Shown piece by piece: positions 61,133 to 64,000 of a stretch of 64,000 nt of DNA. Source of the DNA: an uncultured Actinomycetes bacterium (GTDB taxonomy: Bacteria > Actinomycetota > UBA4738 > HRBIN12); assembly GCA_963704725.1 (NCBI GenBank), contig OY969934.1, positions 1,440,001 to 1,504,000 on the forward strand, in the 5' to 3' direction. Under the pieces are notes generated by a model that was not told the DNA's origin, did no database searches, and was given only the letters and a program-made list of their open reading frames with translations. The stretch's first letter is position 1, and each line of letters starts with the position of its first letter. Made by a program: the position numbers and the translations under genes.

Positions 61133-62762
61133 GCGTCCGGAGGTCTACGACGAGCCTCGCGCCTCTCGGGCCGTCGCCGTCTTCACCTCGAGGCGAGCGG
61201 GGAAGCAGGGGGCCCTGTGGGGGCTGGTCTTCGGGGCGACGATCGCGGCGTCGGCGTCCTCGTACGCGGGGCTGTTTCCCACGGCCGCCTCGCGCGTGGA
61301 GGTGGCGCGCTCGTTCCAGGGCAACGCCGCATGGGCGGCGCTGTTCGGCCCGCTCCGACGTCTCGACACGGTGGCGGGGTACACCGTCTACAAGTCCGGG
61401 ATGACCGTGATCATCCTGGGGGCGATCTGGGGACTCCTCGTCGCGACGCGGGTGACGCGCGGCGAGGAGGACGCGGGCCGGTGGGAGCTCTTCCTGGCCG
61501 GCCGGACCACCCGCCGCCGAGCGGCCGTGCAGGCCGCCGTCGGATTGGGCGCGGGCTTCGTCGCGGTGTGGGTGCCGACGGCGCTCCTGACCGCCGCGGC
61601 CGGAGCCTCGGAGAAGGTCGGCATCGGCGCGGGGGCCTCCCTGTTCTTCGCGACGGCGCTCCTGTCCGCGACCGCGATGTTCATGGCGATCGGCATGCTC
61701 GCGGGCCAGGTCGCCGCCACCCGGCGCGATGCGAACCTGATCGGCGCCGGGGTCCTCGCCGCCTCCTATCTGATCCGGATGGCCGCCGACTCGGATCCCG
61801 GGCTCGGGTGGCTCCGGTGGGCGAGCCCCCTCGGATGGATCGAGGAGCTTCGGCCCCTCACCGGCTCTCGGCCCTTCGCGTTCGTGCCGATCGTCCTGTT
61901 CGGGGTGGTGCTGGTCGGCGGCACGATCCGGATCGCCCGGCAGCGGGACCTGGGGGCGAGCGCGTTCGCGAGCCGGGACGCGCCGAAGCCGCGAACGCTC
62001 CTGCTCGGGGGTCAGGCCGGGCTGACGATCCGCCTCACGCGTCCGGTGATCGCGGCGTGGATCGTTGCGCTCGTCGTGGCCGGCCTCGTCTTCGGCCTGG
62101 TCGCCCAGGCGGCGGGAACCGCGCTGCGCGGCGCGCAGGGCATCGAGCAGGCGATCGAGCGCCTCGGGGGGACCTCGGCAGGCGCCGCGTCGTACCTGGG
62201 GTTCGTGTTCGTGATCGCCGCGGGCCTGGTGGCGATCGCGGTCGCCGGCCAGATCACGGCGGCGCGGAACGAGGAGGCGGCGGGGCATCTGGACAACCTG
62301 CTGGTTCGGCCGGTGGCGCGGTGGCGATGGCTCGTGGTCCGGCTGGGCGTGGCCCTCGGGCTCGTCGTCGTCGCGAGCGCGCTCGCCGGCGTCGCCGCGT
62401 GGATCGGAGCCGTGAGCCAGCACGCCGACGTCGGGTTCGGCGAGCTCCTCGAGGCTGGACTGAACGTCGTCCCTCCGGCCGTGTTCGTGCTCGGGATCGG
62501 CGCGCTCGCCTTCGGCCTGTGGCCCCGAGGAGCGGTCGGCGTCGCGTACGGGATCGTGGTCTGGTCCTTCATCGTCGAGACCATCGCCGCGGCCTTCGAT
62601 TCCAACCACTGGCTGCGGGACACGTCGCCGCTGCTGCACATCGCACCGGTGCCGGCCGCGGATCCGAACTGGACGGCGGCCGTTTGGCTGGTCGGGCTCG
62701 GGCTGCTGGCGGCGGCCCTCGGCGTCGCGGCCTTCGGCCGGCGGGATCTGGCGAGCGCATGA
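61122..62762 (+). CDS. ABC-2 type exporter permease (polyketide antibiotic exporter-like, two repeats)
   Basis: TRGEEDAGRWE and RNEEAAGHLD repeats, WLRWASPLGW, FGRRDL end. Confidence 0.88.
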   Translation: MPRRRPEVYDEPRASRAVAVFTSRRAGKQGALWGLVFGATIAASASSYAGLFPTAASRVEVARSFQGNAAWAALFGPLRRLDTVAGYTVYKSGMTVIILGAIWGLLVATRVTRGEEDAGRWELFLAGRTTRRRAAVQAAVGLGAGFVAVWVPTALLTAAAGASEKVGIGAGASLFFATALLSATAMFMAIGMLAGQVAATRRDANLIGAGVLAASYLIRMAADSDPGLGWLRWASPLGWIEELRPLTGSRPFAFVPIVLFGVVLVGGTIRIARQRDLGASAFASRDAPKPRTLLLGGQAGLTIRLTRPVIAAWIVALVVAGLVFGLVAQAAGTALRGAQGIEQAIERLGGTSAGAASYLGFVFVIAAGLVAIAVAGQITAARNEEAAGHLDNLLVRPVARWRWLVVRLGVALGLVVVASALAGVAAWIGAVSQHADVGFGELLEAGLNVVPPAVFVLGIGALAFGLWPRGAVGVAYGIVVWSFIVETIAAAFDSNHWLRDTSPLLHIAPVPAADPNWTAAVWLVGLGLLAAALGVAAFGRRDLASA

Positions 62763-63235
62763 GCGCGGCCCTCGAATCGCGCCAGGGTCCCGCCGAGTGG
62801 CAGCTCGACTTCATGGAGCGCGTGGCCGCGTTCGCCGACGTGACCGGGCTGCCGCCGAGCCACGTCCGGATGCTGGCCTGGCTGGTCGTGTGCGAGCCGC
62901 AGGAGCAGTCCTCCGCCGACCTGCGCGGGGCGCTCGGCCTGTCGGCCGGCGCGGTGAGCATGGCGACGTCGACGTTGGAGCGGATGGGTCTGATCGAGCG
63001 CTTCACCCGGCCGGGCGATCGCGGGCTCTTCTATCGGTTCTCGTCACGGAGCATGGAGCGGATGCTGCGCCTGCGCCTCGAGGCCACGTCGCGGATGGTG
63101 GCCGCGCTCGAGGACGCGATCGCGCACGCGCCCGCGCAGGCCCGGCTGACGGAGATGCACGACATGTACGACTTCTTCGAGCGCTCGATCGCCGAGTTCG
63201 TGGAACAGAGCATGACGCCGCGCCGGCGCGGCTGA
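62759..63235 (+). CDS. GbsR/MarR family transcriptional regulator
   Basis: GLPPSHVRMLAWLVVCEP, LGLSAGAVSMA HTH, PGDR wing; ATGA-coupled. Confidence 0.85.
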   Translation: MSAALESRQGPAEWQLDFMERVAAFADVTGLPPSHVRMLAWLVVCEPQEQSSADLRGALGLSAGAVSMATSTLERMGLIERFTRPGDRGLFYRFSSRSMERMLRLRLEATSRMVAALEDAIAHAPAQARLTEMHDMYDFFERSIAEFVEQSMTPRRRG

Positions 63236-63319
63236 CCGGGCCGTCGCGCTTGCGCCGGAGGCGTCCTCGTGCTTGCCTGCACCGGAAGAGCGTCGTGACG
63301 ACGCCATCGGAGGAGGGTC

Positions 63320-63601
63320 ATGAGGAAGATCCTGGCTGCGTCGGCCGTGGCGGTCGTCCTGGGGAGCGTTCCGTCGGTGGCCGCTGCGGGTGGCGGCTGC
63401 GTCTCGCGCCCCGAATACCGGAGCGTGGAGATCGGGATGCGGCAGTCGGAGGTCCGCGGCATCTTCGGCACCGCCGGCGAGCGGATCTCGCACCACGGTG
63501 CCCGCGAGGAGTTCGCGTACGACTTCTGCAGCGGCGGTGTGGTCTTCGTCGACTACCGATCGAACGAGGTCACCGCAAAGCAGTTGGTTCGAGGCGAATA
63601 G
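63320..63601 (+). CDS. Small secreted hypothetical protein
   Basis: GGAGG SD, signal peptide, CVSRPEY...GM...VRGIFGT. Confidence 0.7.
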   Translation: MRKILAASAVAVVLGSVPSVAAAGGGCVSRPEYRSVEIGMRQSEVRGIFGTAGERISHHGAREEFAYDFCSGGVVFVDYRSNEVTAKQLVRGE

Positions 63602-63606
63602 AGCTG

Positions 63607-63715
63607 GACGGTCGGGGCACGGGGCGCTCCGAGATCGTGATCCAGCCCGGCCGAGAAGTGCCCCAATCCGTGGCCCCCGTCGCGTCCAGAGCCCCGACCC
63701 GTGCCCCAAACCGTC
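63607..63715. repeat. Cluster of GTGCCCC-n-CCGT motifs (two direct, one inverted)
   Basis: GTGCCCCAATCCGT 63658-63671, GTGCCCCAAACCGT 63701-63714, inverted GTGCCCCGACCGT 63608-63620. Confidence 0.55.
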
Positions 63716-63846
63716 TCCGAATCGTGGGACGTTCGTGTCCGCCGCGCATCGGCTTGAGGCAGTAGAGAAGCTACCGCGTGTGTACCTCGTGTCGCGCATG
63801 CCGGGTCCCACCCGGGGGGCACCAGCACCGGGAAGGGGTGAGGAAG

Positions 63847-64000
63847 ATGCGAAGGACGCTCCCGATCGTGGCCCTAATCCTCATGCTCCTCATGCCCTCA
63901 TCCGCCTTGGCTTCGTCCCGTTGGGATCCCGACGACGTCGAAGGGCGGTTCGATCTTCGCTGGATCGGGGCGGCATACACGGCACGTGGCGAGATCCACC
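63847..64000 (+). CDS. Secreted hypothetical protein, 3' end outside window
   Basis: GAGGA SD; MRRTLPIVALILMLLMPSSALA signal peptide; frame open to the window end. Confidence 0.6.
   Translation, partial: MRRTLPIVALILMLLMPSSALASSRWDPDDVEGRFDLRWIGAAYTARGEIH

Overview
High-GC bacterial chromosome segment. Gene content, gene order and many leaderless starts point to an Actinomycetota genome, probably a deep-branching lineage (inference). About 64 genes are densely packed, mostly on the + strand. The first 25 kb is a rearranged version of the actinobacterial core block (etfBA, mnmA, ligA, gatC-gatA-gatB, serA), with a PabB-PabC fusion, a UPF0280/ApbE-like gene, a HEAT-repeat plus HD-GYP pair and an orphan Rieske ferredoxin/reductase inserted. 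The rest holds tandem MFS transporters behind an unannotated uORF/anti-SD attenuator, an FAD oxidoreductase plus DmdA-like demethylase, a VapBC module, ilvE and pepN. It also holds a 38-57 kb cluster of aromatic/amine catabolic genes (HpaE/HpaD-like, APC permease, LLM oxidoreductase, GS-like ligase, two SDRs, AhpD-like protein, a P450 lacking the catalytic Thr, PLP decarboxylase), two paralogous secreted P-domain proteins, purE, and an ABC exporter with a GbsR/MarR regulator. Three genes are frameshifted and one hidden ORF has an in-frame TAG; these may be assembly errors. I found no rRNA, tRNA, CRISPR array, transposase or integrase. All calls come from manual motif recognition; no database search was run.
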